Shown here piece by piece: positions 21,286 to 29,950 of a stretch of 64,000 nt of DNA. Position 1 is the stretch's first letter, and each line of letters begins with the position of its first letter. Position numbers and translations under genes: made by a program. A model generated the notes under the pieces. The model was not told the DNA's origin, did no database searches, and saw nothing but the letters and a program-made list of their open reading frames with translations. The stretch is taken from NCBI GenBank assembly GCA_022705135.1, contig JAKJFA010000001.1:13300-77299 (forward strand). Direction: 5' to 3'. This DNA is from Pseudomonadota bacterium (lineage in GTDB: Bacteria > Pseudomonadota > Gammaproteobacteria > Burkholderiales > Rhodocyclaceae).

Positions 21286-24200
21286 CAGATGCTTTCGGCC
21301 GCTTTCCCGGCAGGTGCCACAAGGGGCAAAGACAGAATAAAAGCGGTGCCAACCCCGACCTCGCTTTCGACCTCAATGTTGCCACCCAGGGGGCCAGTGA
21401 CGGCGTTGTAAACGACACTCAGCCCCAGGCCGCTACCGCCCTGTCCGAGCTTGGTCGTAAAAAATGGGTCGAAAAGCTTGGGAATATGTTCTGGCGGTAT
21501 GCCCATGCCGTCGTCACGCACGGTGATTCTGACCCGATCCGCACCGCACCGTAATCCTTCCACGGTGATCTTGCCATACGGCCTGTCCTCGAAACCGTGA
21601 AGAATGGAATTGCTGATCAGATTGGTCAGAATCTGGCCCAGCGGGCCGGGGAAACTGTCCATGACAATACTTTCCGGGATATCGATTTCGACCGCATAGG
21701 GCGTTTTCTTCAATGTCGGGCCGAGTGTGACCATCAGTTCGTTGACCATGGCGTCGAGATTGAAGCACCGCCGTTCCGAACTGCTCTGGTCGACCGCAAC
21801 CTGCTTGAAGCTGCTGACCAGTTCGGCGACCCGTTGCAGATTGCGAATAACCAAATCACAGGCGTTGCTGGTATGACTGATATAATCTTCCAGCGTCGAG
21901 CGCTTGAGGCCAATCTGCAAGTCATGGGCTATTTCTTCAGTCTCATGCTGCAAGGTACTCTCAACCATCAAGCAATTGCCGATCGGCGTATTCAATTCGT
22001 GCGCCACACCGGCGACAAGCGAACCGAGCGCAGCCAGTTTTTCGCTGCGCAGCAGTTCATTTTGCGCCTTCTTCAGGTGATCCAGCGTCATCAAAAGCTC
22101 ATCGTTGGTATGCTGGATTTCTTCTTCCATGCGTTTCAGTGTCGAGATGTCCAGAAAAACGCTGACATAGCCACCCGACGGAAGCGGATTCAATCGCACA
22201 TCGAGGATGGTGCCACTCGGCATATGATGCTCGGCGAATATGGATTCCCGCGCCTGGAAAGGCTCGAGGGCTTTCCGGGTCAGTTCTTCCGGATCTCCCG
22301 GGCCATAATCGCCACGTGCCGCAAGAAGATAATACATATCCGCTATGGGCAGACCAGACTGGATGGTGCCTGGCGCAAGTTCCCAAAGCGACTCGGTGTT
22401 CGGAGTCCATAATTTGTAGCGGAGGTTTTCGTCCCAGATAATCATGCCGCCGGCCATGTTCTCGACACCGTCCTTCAGCAGCGTCGTCTTCTCGGCCAGT
22501 TCCGCTTCAAGGTGTTTCTTTTCAGTAATATCCTGGAAGACGCTGACGATGCCACCCGTAGGAATGGGGCCGCGTCGCACTTCGAGGATCATGCCACTGG
22601 GTAAAGACCGCTCCCGATAGATGGATTTTTTATCCAGCAAGGGTTGAAGCTCGCTTTGTACCAGCGTGTTGATGTCGCCCGGGCCAAAATCGCCGCGTTC
22701 GGCAAAAAAGTGCAGCACCTCCGAATAAGGTCTTCCGTTAAACAAAAAGCCCGGTGGAAGGTCAAACCATTCCTCTACCCGTTTCGTCCAGACCAGATAC
22801 CGCAACTCCTCGTCGAGCAGGACCATGCCACCCGGCATCGACTGGACCGCCGCATTGAGGAATTCCGTCACCTTTTTGAGTTCGGTCTCGCCACGCTTTC
22901 TTTCGGTAATATCCTGAAAAACGCTGACAATGGCGCCGGAAGGCAGGGGCCGACGCCAGACTTCCAGGATGGTGCCATTGGGTATCTTGCGCTCGCCATG
23001 CACCACCTGGCGCTCGCGTACCGGCCGGATTTGCTGTTCAACCAGCGTTTCAATGTCGCCTGGCCCGAAATCGCCACGCTCGGCAAAGTAGCGCAGCACC
23101 TCTTCATACGTCAGGCCGACCCGGATCATTTCCGGCGGCAAATCAAAAAAGGCGCCGACATTGTGTGAAAACAGGGTGTAGCGCAAATCCTGGTCAAAGA
23201 CGGCCATGCCGCCGGGCATGTGATCGATCGCAGCCTGCAACAGTTCCGATTTCTGGGACAGTTCAGCCTCGATGCGCTTTCTTTCAGTGATGTCCTGAAA
23301 AACGCTGACGACAGCACCGGAAGGCAGAGGGCGACGCCAGACCTCCAGGATGGTGCCATTGGGTATCTTGCGCTCGCTATGTACGATCGTGCGCTCGCGT
23401 ACCGGCCGGATTTGCTGTTCAACCAGCGTTTCAATGTCGCCCGGCCCGAAATCGCCACGCTCGGCAAAGTAGCGCAGCACCTCTTCATACGTCAGACCGA
23501 CCCGGATCATTTCCGGCGGCAAATCAAAAAAGGCGCCGACATTGTGTGAAAACAGGGTGTAATGCAAATCCTGGTCAAAGACGACCATGCCGCCGGGCAT
23601 GTGGTCGATGGCGGCCTGCAGCAGTTCCGATTTGTGCGACAGTTCGGCCTCGATGCGCTTTCTCTCGGTGATGTCTTCAACGAGCCAGATTGCGCCTTTT
23701 GACCAATCACCGGTATCGATCAGCGAACCGGACAATGCCACCCGAAGACAATGGCCATCCTTGTGCCGGAACTGATGTTCGCCGCGATAACGGACACCGG
23801 TGCGAATCATTCCGGCATAGGCATTGCCAACCTTCTGATGCTCAGCGTCCTCGGCATACAACTTTCGGGTGTCCTGTCCTTCCAATTCGCTACGTTCATA
23901 CCCCAGCATTTCTGCCAGCGCCGGGTTGACGTGCTTCAGGATGCGACCGCCTGCCCCTCCGGGTACGACGGTGCAAATTCCGGTCGAAACATTCGACAGA
24001 ATCAGCCCCAGTTCGACCGCTTGGGCTTCAAGTTCTCTATCGCGCTGTTTCCTGCCGGTAATGTCCGTATGAATGCAGACGTAGCGGCCCGCTTCCGATC
24101 GCGATGTCCTGGTCTCGTAATATCGGCCATCGGCAAGACAGCACTCCATTAGCCGGGGTGAATCCATCCGGGAAATTGATGCAAGCGTATCGCCTACGAA

Positions 24201-24443
24201 TTGATCGACGTCGGCCACTGGGCCATACCCCCCCCGTTCGGCCAAAAAGCGCAGCGCCAGACCGAATGCGGCGCCCTTTTGCAGCAGCTCGGCAGGTAAA
24301 TTGAAGATTTCTCGATAACGCTGGTTGCAAGCCACCAGCAACAAGCGCTCATCGTAGATGGATACGCCGAAACCGCCTTGCTGCATAACCTCCTGCATCA
24401 GGACAAAACTGAGGTCGCCATCAGAGGAATCTTCAGTCCGCAT
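21285..24443 (-). CDS. Multi-PAS sensor histidine kinase (soluble; six PAS-like modules + HisKA + HATPase_c)
   Basis: 1052 aa. Four consecutive 127-aa modules (residues 261-768), each ending VFQDITE/VFLDIS. H-box SLVAGVAHELNTPIGN. NLISNSILHG, DDGMGIP, GSGLGLS. Confidence 0.9.
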   Translation of the reverse strand: MRTEDSSDGDLSFVLMQEVMQQGGFGVSIYDERLLLVACNQRYREIFNLPAELLQKGAAFGLALRFLAERGGYGPVADVDQFVGDTLASISRMDSPRLMECCLADGRYYETRTSRSEAGRYVCIHTDITGRKQRDRELEAQAVELGLILSNVSTGICTVVPGGAGGRILKHVNPALAEMLGYERSELEGQDTRKLYAEDAEHQKVGNAYAGMIRTGVRYRGEHQFRHKDGHCLRVALSGSLIDTGDWSKGAIWLVEDITERKRIEAELSHKSELLQAAIDHMPGGMVVFDQDLHYTLFSHNVGAFFDLPPEMIRVGLTYEEVLRYFAERGDFGPGDIETLVEQQIRPVRERTIVHSERKIPNGTILEVWRRPLPSGAVVSVFQDITERKRIEAELSQKSELLQAAIDHMPGGMAVFDQDLRYTLFSHNVGAFFDLPPEMIRVGLTYEEVLRYFAERGDFGPGDIETLVEQQIRPVRERQVVHGERKIPNGTILEVWRRPLPSGAIVSVFQDITERKRGETELKKVTEFLNAAVQSMPGGMVLLDEELRYLVWTKRVEEWFDLPPGFLFNGRPYSEVLHFFAERGDFGPGDINTLVQSELQPLLDKKSIYRERSLPSGMILEVRRGPIPTGGIVSVFQDITEKKHLEAELAEKTTLLKDGVENMAGGMIIWDENLRYKLWTPNTESLWELAPGTIQSGLPIADMYYLLAARGDYGPGDPEELTRKALEPFQARESIFAEHHMPSGTILDVRLNPLPSGGYVSVFLDISTLKRMEEEIQHTNDELLMTLDHLKKAQNELLRSEKLAALGSLVAGVAHELNTPIGNCLMVESTLQHETEEIAHDLQIGLKRSTLEDYISHTSNACDLVIRNLQRVAELVSSFKQVAVDQSSSERRCFNLDAMVNELMVTLGPTLKKTPYAVEIDIPESIVMDSFPGPLGQILTNLISNSILHGFEDRPYGKITVEGLRCGADRVRITVRDDGMGIPPEHIPKLFDPFFTTKLGQGGSGLGLSVVYNAVTGPLGGNIEVESEVGVGTAFILSLPLVAPAGKAAESI
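22902..23663. repeat. Tandem duplication, 2 x 381 bp, inside the kinase gene
   Basis: Protein residues 261-387 versus 388-514 differ at 7 of 127 positions. Runs of more than 150 nt are almost identical (e.g. ACCGGCCGGATTTGCTGTTCAACCAGCGTTTCAATGTCGCC...). Off-frame ORFs 22868-23107, 23126-23488 and 23507-23710 repeat the same peptide. Confidence 0.9.
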
Positions 24444-24456
24444 TTTCCTATCTCAA

Positions 24457-25815
24457 TCACAGCTTTCCGATATGGATCACCAACTCCTTGCCCTCCGGCA
24501 GATCGCTGTAACCGATGGTGCGCTTTTCAGCGTCCCATTTTGCTTTATCGCCGGTATGGGGATGGATCAACTTGGCATTCTCGATGGCTTTGCCAATGGC
24601 CTCCGGCTGGCTGGTCCCCGATTTGAGCAGGTCGAGCTGGAAGGCCACCAGAGCACGCATCGCCAGTAGATTGTCGCGCCGCAGGAAGTAGCGGCCAAAA
24701 TCAGGCATGGCGATTCTGTTCAGGATATGGCCCACCGGGTTGCGCACGGCAAAGGGAATTTGTTCGTTGTTGTCCCCAAGAAGTTTCCGGTACTCCGCCA
24801 GTTGCCGGCGGTATTCGTCGCCGCTTTTATCATCGGCATCCATCAGGACCTTTTGCCATTGATAAATCTGGTTGATGGTCGCTTTCGGCAGATAGAAGGG
24901 CCGGAGCAGCAATTCCGGAAATTGACCGGAATAGAAGTCAATGGGAACCACCTTCAAATGAAGCAGCGATCGGGAAATCACGCGCACTTCAGAACGCATC
25001 GCCGGTTTCAGGCTGGCGGCATCAGCCGGAAACGGCGCCAACAGCATGGCAATCTTTTCGGCCCTGGCCTTGGCGGGCTGTGGATGGTGCGCCAGATATT
25101 GGCTGAGCAACTGATAGCGCGTCAGCAGATTGTTTTGCGCCACCAGCGTTTCGATCAGGGTATGGGCGCCTTGTATCTGCCGCGTATGGAAAGCGATTTC
25201 ACGTCCCAGGTCGGCCAATGCCTCATCTTGCTCGCCCTTTTCCGCCTTCAACGCAAAACGGGTGGCCGCCAGGGGCGTCCACAACGTAAAGTGGTTGTTG
25301 ATCATCGCTGAATGAAGAGAAGCCTGCGGACGCCAGGCCTCCTGATAGGCCGCGAAACGAAGCGCCTCATCGCCCCGCGCCAGCGTCACCCGCCCTTGTT
25401 GCATGGCTTCCTCGGCCGCTTTCGGATCAGCCGCCACGGCCTGCAGGCAGGTCTCGATCTTGTGACAGGGAATTTTGTCGCGTTTCAGGGTTTCCTGCCG
25501 CTTGCTTTTGTATAGGGAAAGTTCGACGGCCTTCTGGGTCTCAAGGGCTTTTTTATCGGTAGCCAGAACCTCCTGGAAGAGGCGTTCGCCCCAGGCCTGC
25601 GGCGCTTCATTTTCCGGCCCGGCCATGCCGATCCAGGCGAAGTAGCCGTTCTCGCCTTTGGCGATCTGTGCCGGTTTCTCGTCGAGGATGGCCTGGATTT
25701 CGGGATTGAGGTCATCGTCAATGAAATTGACGATGACCAGAATCAACAAGACAACAAAAACCAAGGCAAAAAGCCACCCCATGATGGACAGAAGGACGGA
25801 GCGCAGCTTCATCAT
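24457..25815 (-). CDS. Hypothetical membrane-anchored protein (single N-terminal TM helix, no family recognised)
   Basis: 452-aa ORF. GGGAGA SD. N-terminus MMKLRSVLLSIMGWLFALVFVVLLILVIV. Ends 13 nt before the kinase gene start. Confidence 0.6.
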   Translation of the reverse strand: MMKLRSVLLSIMGWLFALVFVVLLILVIVNFIDDDLNPEIQAILDEKPAQIAKGENGYFAWIGMAGPENEAPQAWGERLFQEVLATDKKALETQKAVELSLYKSKRQETLKRDKIPCHKIETCLQAVAADPKAAEEAMQQGRVTLARGDEALRFAAYQEAWRPQASLHSAMINNHFTLWTPLAATRFALKAEKGEQDEALADLGREIAFHTRQIQGAHTLIETLVAQNNLLTRYQLLSQYLAHHPQPAKARAEKIAMLLAPFPADAASLKPAMRSEVRVISRSLLHLKVVPIDFYSGQFPELLLRPFYLPKATINQIYQWQKVLMDADDKSGDEYRRQLAEYRKLLGDNNEQIPFAVRNPVGHILNRIAMPDFGRYFLRRDNLLAMRALVAFQLDLLKSGTSQPEAIGKAIENAKLIHPHTGDKAKWDAEKRTIGYSDLPEGKELVIHIGKL

Positions 25816-25929
25816 CGGTTTCTCCCAGAGTCGTTTCCCAGGCAGAGCACGGCTTCAGCTCCGCCTTGCGGGTGATTGTCCAAACGGATGCTGCCACCGT
25901 GCAACGCGGCCACTTCCCGCACGAGCAGC

Positions 25930-26511
25930 CTATTTCAGCGCCGCTGCCATCCTGGCCACCTCTTCCAGCATTTTGGCACGGTTTTCCGGCGTCGTCGTCG
26001 GCACCTCGCCAAAGTAACGATGGCCCAGAACCTCCATGGCGCAGAACCTGAAAATACCATCGTCGATGGTCTGTCCCATGCTCTGGAACATGCCGTTCCC
26101 GGCATAGTATGGCTCGGGCGCGCCCTGCGTGCTGATCACCATGACTTTCTTGCCCTGGAGCAGGCCTCGCGGCCCATTGGCGTCGTAGACATAGGCAAAG
26201 CCGTGCGAAAACACCCGGTCGATATAGCCCTTGGTCACCGCCGGCATCGAGGCCCACCACACCGGATAAATGAAGGTCATAATGTCGGCCCAGCGGACCT
26301 GCTCCTGCTCGGCTTTGACATCATCGGTCACCCCACCCTGATGCAGCGCTTCAAAATCGGCCGCCTTGAGCATGGGGTCAAATTTCAGCGCGTACAAATC
26401 GCGGACAACGACCTCATCGCCCTTGGCCTGCAGCGCCTTGGTCAGGGTATCGAGAATACCGTGATTGAAACTGAGCGGATTGGGATGGGAATAAACAATC
26501 AATTGCTTCAT
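25930..26511 (-). CDS. NAD(P)H dehydrogenase (quinone), flavodoxin-like fold (NQO1/KefF/YwrO-like)
   Basis: Start trimmed to ATG 26511 (MKQLIVYSHPNPLSFN...), with AAGGA upstream. WWASMPAVTKGYIDRV is typical of the family. Confidence 0.8.
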   Translation of the reverse strand: MKQLIVYSHPNPLSFNHGILDTLTKALQAKGDEVVVRDLYALKFDPMLKAADFEALHQGGVTDDVKAEQEQVRWADIMTFIYPVWWASMPAVTKGYIDRVFSHGFAYVYDANGPRGLLQGKKVMVISTQGAPEPYYAGNGMFQSMGQTIDDGIFRFCAMEVLGHRYFGEVPTTTPENRAKMLEEVARMAAALK

Positions 26512-26593
26512 GGCGTCATCCTTAAAAAAAGTGCGTCCAGTGCGAGTATCGCTCATTTTGTTGTAGGCAGACCAGCCCGATCCGGAACGGCGA

Positions 26594-26619
26594 CAAAAAA
26601 GGGCGCCCGCAGGCGCCCG
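26594..26619 (-). terminator. Rho-independent terminator after amtB
   Basis: The minus strand reads GGGCGCC-tgcg-GGCGCCC followed by TTTTTTG, 25 nt after the amtB stop. Confidence 0.7.
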
Positions 26620-26643
26620 AGAAAGGAAGAGACTGAGGTAAAA

Positions 26644-28143
26644 CTAGTGGTGGTAGGCCGATTCGCCGTGCGCGGTCAGGTCGAGACCTTCGCGCTCCTC
26701 TTCTTCCGGCACGCGCAGACCAATCACCAGATCGACCAGTTTGTAAGCGATGAAGGAAACCACGCCAGACCAGACGATGGCCGTGCCCACACCCCAGAAT
26801 TGGCTGACCAGTTGCGTACCCATGTCGAAGTCGCCGACCTTGTTGGCCACATAGTCATAGACGCCGGTGCCGCCAAGTTCGGGAGAAACAAAGATGCCGG
26901 TCAAAATGGCGCCAAGGATGCCGCCGACGCCATGCACGCCAAACACATCGAGCGAATCATCGACGCGCAGCAGCTTCTTCAGTCCGGTGACTCCCCACAG
27001 ACAGACCACGCCGGCCAGCAGGCCAATGACGATGGCACCGACGACACCGACAAAACCGGCGGCTGGCGTCACTGCGACCAGACCAGCCACCGCGCCGGAC
27101 GCTGCACCCAGCATGGAAGGCTTGCCCTTCAACACCCACTCCGCTGCCATCCAGGACAGCGTTGCACAAGCGGCGGCCACCCAGGTATTGACCATCGCCA
27201 GAGCGGCGCCCCCACTGGCTTCCAGCGCTGAACCGGCGTTGAACCCAAACCAGCCGAACCACAGGAGCGATGCGCCAATCATGGTAAAGGTCAGGCTGTG
27301 CGGTGCCATCGAGACATTGCCCAGGCCCGTGCGCTTGCCAACCAGGTAGGCACCGATCAAACCGGCAATGGCGGCGTTGATATGCACCACGGTACCGCCG
27401 GCGAAATCGAGCGCGCCCTTCTGGAACAGGAAACCCGCTGTCTTGCCCGCCGCTTCTGCCGCTGCTGCGCTGGTGTAGGCATCCGGACCCGCCCAATACC
27501 AGACCATGTGCGCCATCGGGATGTAGGAGAAAATGAACCAGATCACCGTAAAGAGCAGCACCGCCGAGAACTTGATGCGTTCGGCAAAGGAGCCAACGAT
27601 CAGGCCGCAGGTAATGGCGGCAAAAGCGCCCTGGAAGATGACAAAGATCAGCTCGGAAATGACCACGCCCTTGGAGAAAGTGGCCCCCACGGATTCAGGT
27701 GTGATGCCCTTCAGGAAGATTTTGTCGAAAGTCCCGAAAAAGCTGCCGCCCTCAGTAAAGGCTAGAGAGTAGCCAAAGACCACCCAGAGCACCGTGACCA
27801 GGGAAAAGATCACGAAGACCTGCATGAGCACCGAGAGCATGTTCTTGGTGCGCACCAGGCCACCATAGAACAAAGCCAGCCCAGGTATCGACATGAGGAT
27901 GACAAAAGCCGCACACACCATGATCCAGGCGTTGTCCCCCTTGTTCGGCACTGCTGCCGGAGCTGCCGCAGCAGCTGGAGCTGGCGTTGCCGCCTCGGCC
28001 GCCGGCGCAGCAGCAGCCGTCGAAGCAGGCGCCGTGACAGCCGATGTCGCCACCGGCGCGGCGGAACTGGCTTCTTCCGCCCAGGCCGGCATCGTACAGA
28101 TCAAAGAGCCCAGCAGGGCCAATACGGTAAATAAGCGTTTCAT
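26644..28143 (-). CDS. amtB: Ammonium transporter
   Basis: Start trimmed to ATG 28143 (MKRLFTVLALLGSLICTMPAWA signal peptide). Multiple TM segments. DFAGGTVVHINAA and LDVFGVHGVGGILG signature regions. Sits directly downstream of glnK. Confidence 0.95.
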   Translation of the reverse strand: MKRLFTVLALLGSLICTMPAWAEEASSAAPVATSAVTAPASTAAAAPAAEAATPAPAAAAAPAAVPNKGDNAWIMVCAAFVILMSIPGLALFYGGLVRTKNMLSVLMQVFVIFSLVTVLWVVFGYSLAFTEGGSFFGTFDKIFLKGITPESVGATFSKGVVISELIFVIFQGAFAAITCGLIVGSFAERIKFSAVLLFTVIWFIFSYIPMAHMVWYWAGPDAYTSAAAAEAAGKTAGFLFQKGALDFAGGTVVHINAAIAGLIGAYLVGKRTGLGNVSMAPHSLTFTMIGASLLWFGWFGFNAGSALEASGGAALAMVNTWVAAACATLSWMAAEWVLKGKPSMLGAASGAVAGLVAVTPAAGFVGVVGAIVIGLLAGVVCLWGVTGLKKLLRVDDSLDVFGVHGVGGILGAILTGIFVSPELGGTGVYDYVANKVGDFDMGTQLVSQFWGVGTAIVWSGVVSFIAYKLVDLVIGLRVPEEEEREGLDLTAHGESAYHH

Positions 28144-28159
28144 AATGTTCACCCCTTTT

Positions 28160-28522
<363 letters not shown>

Positions 28523-28548
28523 TCAAAATATGCGCTTCGCGCCGGTGT

Positions 28549-29361
28549 TCAAAAGGTCTTACTGAAGGTCAGGGTAATACGATCATCGCTGACATTTTTC
28601 CGGTCGGGGGCGGTTCCCCAGCAATACGGCTGCGCCAGCGCACAGTTGCCCTTGGCATTGGTTCCGGTATAGGCCAGCGCCAGCGTGCCAAATCCAAGGT
28701 CCTTGCTCACTCCCAGCTTCCAATCGGTGTAGGAGGCATTCCTGTCAATCCCAGCAGCATCGGCAAAATGAGCTCTCCTGATTTTCTGATGTCCGACATG
28801 GCCGGTCACGCCCCAGCCATCGCCCAAATCGAAGTTGAGTGTCAGGTCGATGTAGCCGGACCCCTTGCTGCGCTCGTTCGGCGCCGACTCCCAGGCGAAC
28901 AGGTTTTTGGACACCGCGTGGCTGTATTTAAGCATCAGGAATTTCCAGCTCAGGCCGGCATAGATTTCTGTTGAATTCGGCGTCGGCAGGCCGGCCACCT
29001 GGTTTCCGGGATAGTGGTAGTGGACGGCACCGAGATCCAGGGTCGTATCCGCGCCCAGCGCCCACTTGTAGCCGCCGTACACATCAAGCTCCATGCTGCT
29101 GTTGTTCATTAGTCCGGTTTCCCTGACCCAACTGACATTGGATGCCCAAACGCCCAGGTAAACACCGCTGGTATGGGCGTAGTCGAGTCCACCCTGCAGA
29201 GCGGGCTGGTGTTGCGTCTGGCTGATTCCCCGGAAGACATAATCTGAGGCCAGCGTGATATTGCCGCTGAAGCTGTGCGGACTCACCGGTGCAGCAGTCT
29301 GGGCCAGTGCCGGTGCGGCAAAGGCAGTTGTCAGCGCAAGCGTGGCAAAGGTTTTTTTCAT
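28549..29361 (-). CDS. Putative outer-membrane porin, TorF / TIGR02001-like family
   Basis: Start ATG 29361 with GGAGAA SD. Signal peptide MKKTFATLALTTAFAAPALA. SGNITLASDYVFRGISQT motif. Beta-strand-rich with C-terminal F. First gene of the porin-glnK-amtB unit. Confidence 0.75.
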   Translation of the reverse strand: MKKTFATLALTTAFAAPALAQTAAPVSPHSFSGNITLASDYVFRGISQTQHQPALQGGLDYAHTSGVYLGVWASNVSWVRETGLMNNSSMELDVYGGYKWALGADTTLDLGAVHYHYPGNQVAGLPTPNSTEIYAGLSWKFLMLKYSHAVSKNLFAWESAPNERSKGSGYIDLTLNFDLGDGWGVTGHVGHQKIRRAHFADAAGIDRNASYTDWKLGVSKDLGFGTLALAYTGTNAKGNCALAQPYCWGTAPDRKNVSDDRITLTFSKTF

Positions 29362-29399
29362 TTCATTTCTCCAAAAAAGCAATCGGGCGTAAAGTGCAA

Positions 29400-29415
29400 A
29401 GCATCAGTCGTGCCA
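29400..29415 (-). promoter_or_regulatory. Sigma-54 (-24/-12) promoter for porin-glnK-amtB
   Basis: The minus strand reads TGGCACGACTGATGCT, with GG and GC at the canonical spacing (consensus TGGCAC-N5-TTGCW). It lies ~40 nt upstream of ATG 29361. Confidence 0.55.
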
Positions 29416-29477
29416 GATTGTTTTATCTTTTTAAATCAACAAGCTAATAAACAATGACTCAGATAGGATGCATTCGG

Positions 29478-29494
29478 CGCACCGCCGTAGTGCA
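29478..29494. promoter_or_regulatory. Possible NtrC enhancer site
   Basis: CGCACCGCCGTAGTGCA resembles TGCACC-N5-GGTGCA, ~65-95 nt upstream of the -24 element. A further GCACC-rich stretch follows at 29505-29520. Confidence 0.35.
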
Positions 29495-29579
29495 ACGCAA
29501 CATGGTGGCGCACCAGCACCGCTCAGGACAAACTGCATAAATGCCTGTGCTAACATCGCCCCCAAAAGGAGACCACGAA

Positions 29580-29822
29580 ATGATCGATCCCAAGATGCTC
29601 GACGAATTCACTGCCAAAATCAGCGCCTTCATCGCCGCCAGTCCGGCCAAGGACCTGGAAAAGAACATCCGGGCCATGCTGGGCGTCCTCTTCGCCAATC
29701 TTAACCTGGTCACCCAGGAGCAATTCGATGTCCAGACGGAAGTCCTGGTGCGCACCCAGGAACGATTGAAGGCGCTGGAAGCCCGCGTCGAGGCGCTGGA
29801 ACGCGCGGGAAAAGAAGCCTAA
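29580..29822 (+). CDS. ubiK: Ubiquinone biosynthesis accessory factor UbiK (YqiC/BMFP family)
   Basis: ATG 29580 after AAAGGAGA. MIDPKMLDEF...QEQFDVQTEVLVRTQERLKALEARVEALE parallels E. coli YqiC. Confidence 0.8.
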   Translation: MIDPKMLDEFTAKISAFIAASPAKDLEKNIRAMLGVLFANLNLVTQEQFDVQTEVLVRTQERLKALEARVEALERAGKEA

Positions 29823-29870
29823 CGGGCAAGGCTTTGACAAAATTACGGATCGTGAAAGCCGTGCCCGTTT
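29822..29870 (+). terminator. Probable terminator hairpin after ubiK
   Basis: ACGGGCAAGGCTTT ... AAAGCCGTGCCCGT (13-bp stem with one mismatch, 19-nt loop) followed by TTTCCC. Confidence 0.4.
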
Positions 29871-29950
29871 CCCTCTCCCCCGCCCCCTCTCCCGCAGGCG
29901 GGCGAGGGGAGGTTTATGAGCCGCCTCAGCGGCTTTCAAGCTAAGCGCCG

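Noticed and set aside
25876-27231. 451-aa plus-strand ORF spanning two genes
   Set aside because: Runs antisense across both the NAD(P)H dehydrogenase and amtB, including their intergenic terminator. Not a plausible gene.
29870-29930. GC-rich palindromic stretch CCCCTCTCCCGCAGGCGGGCGAGGGGAGG upstream of comM
   Set aside because: Looks like a common REP-type hairpin. There is a single copy in this window and no further structure to interpret.
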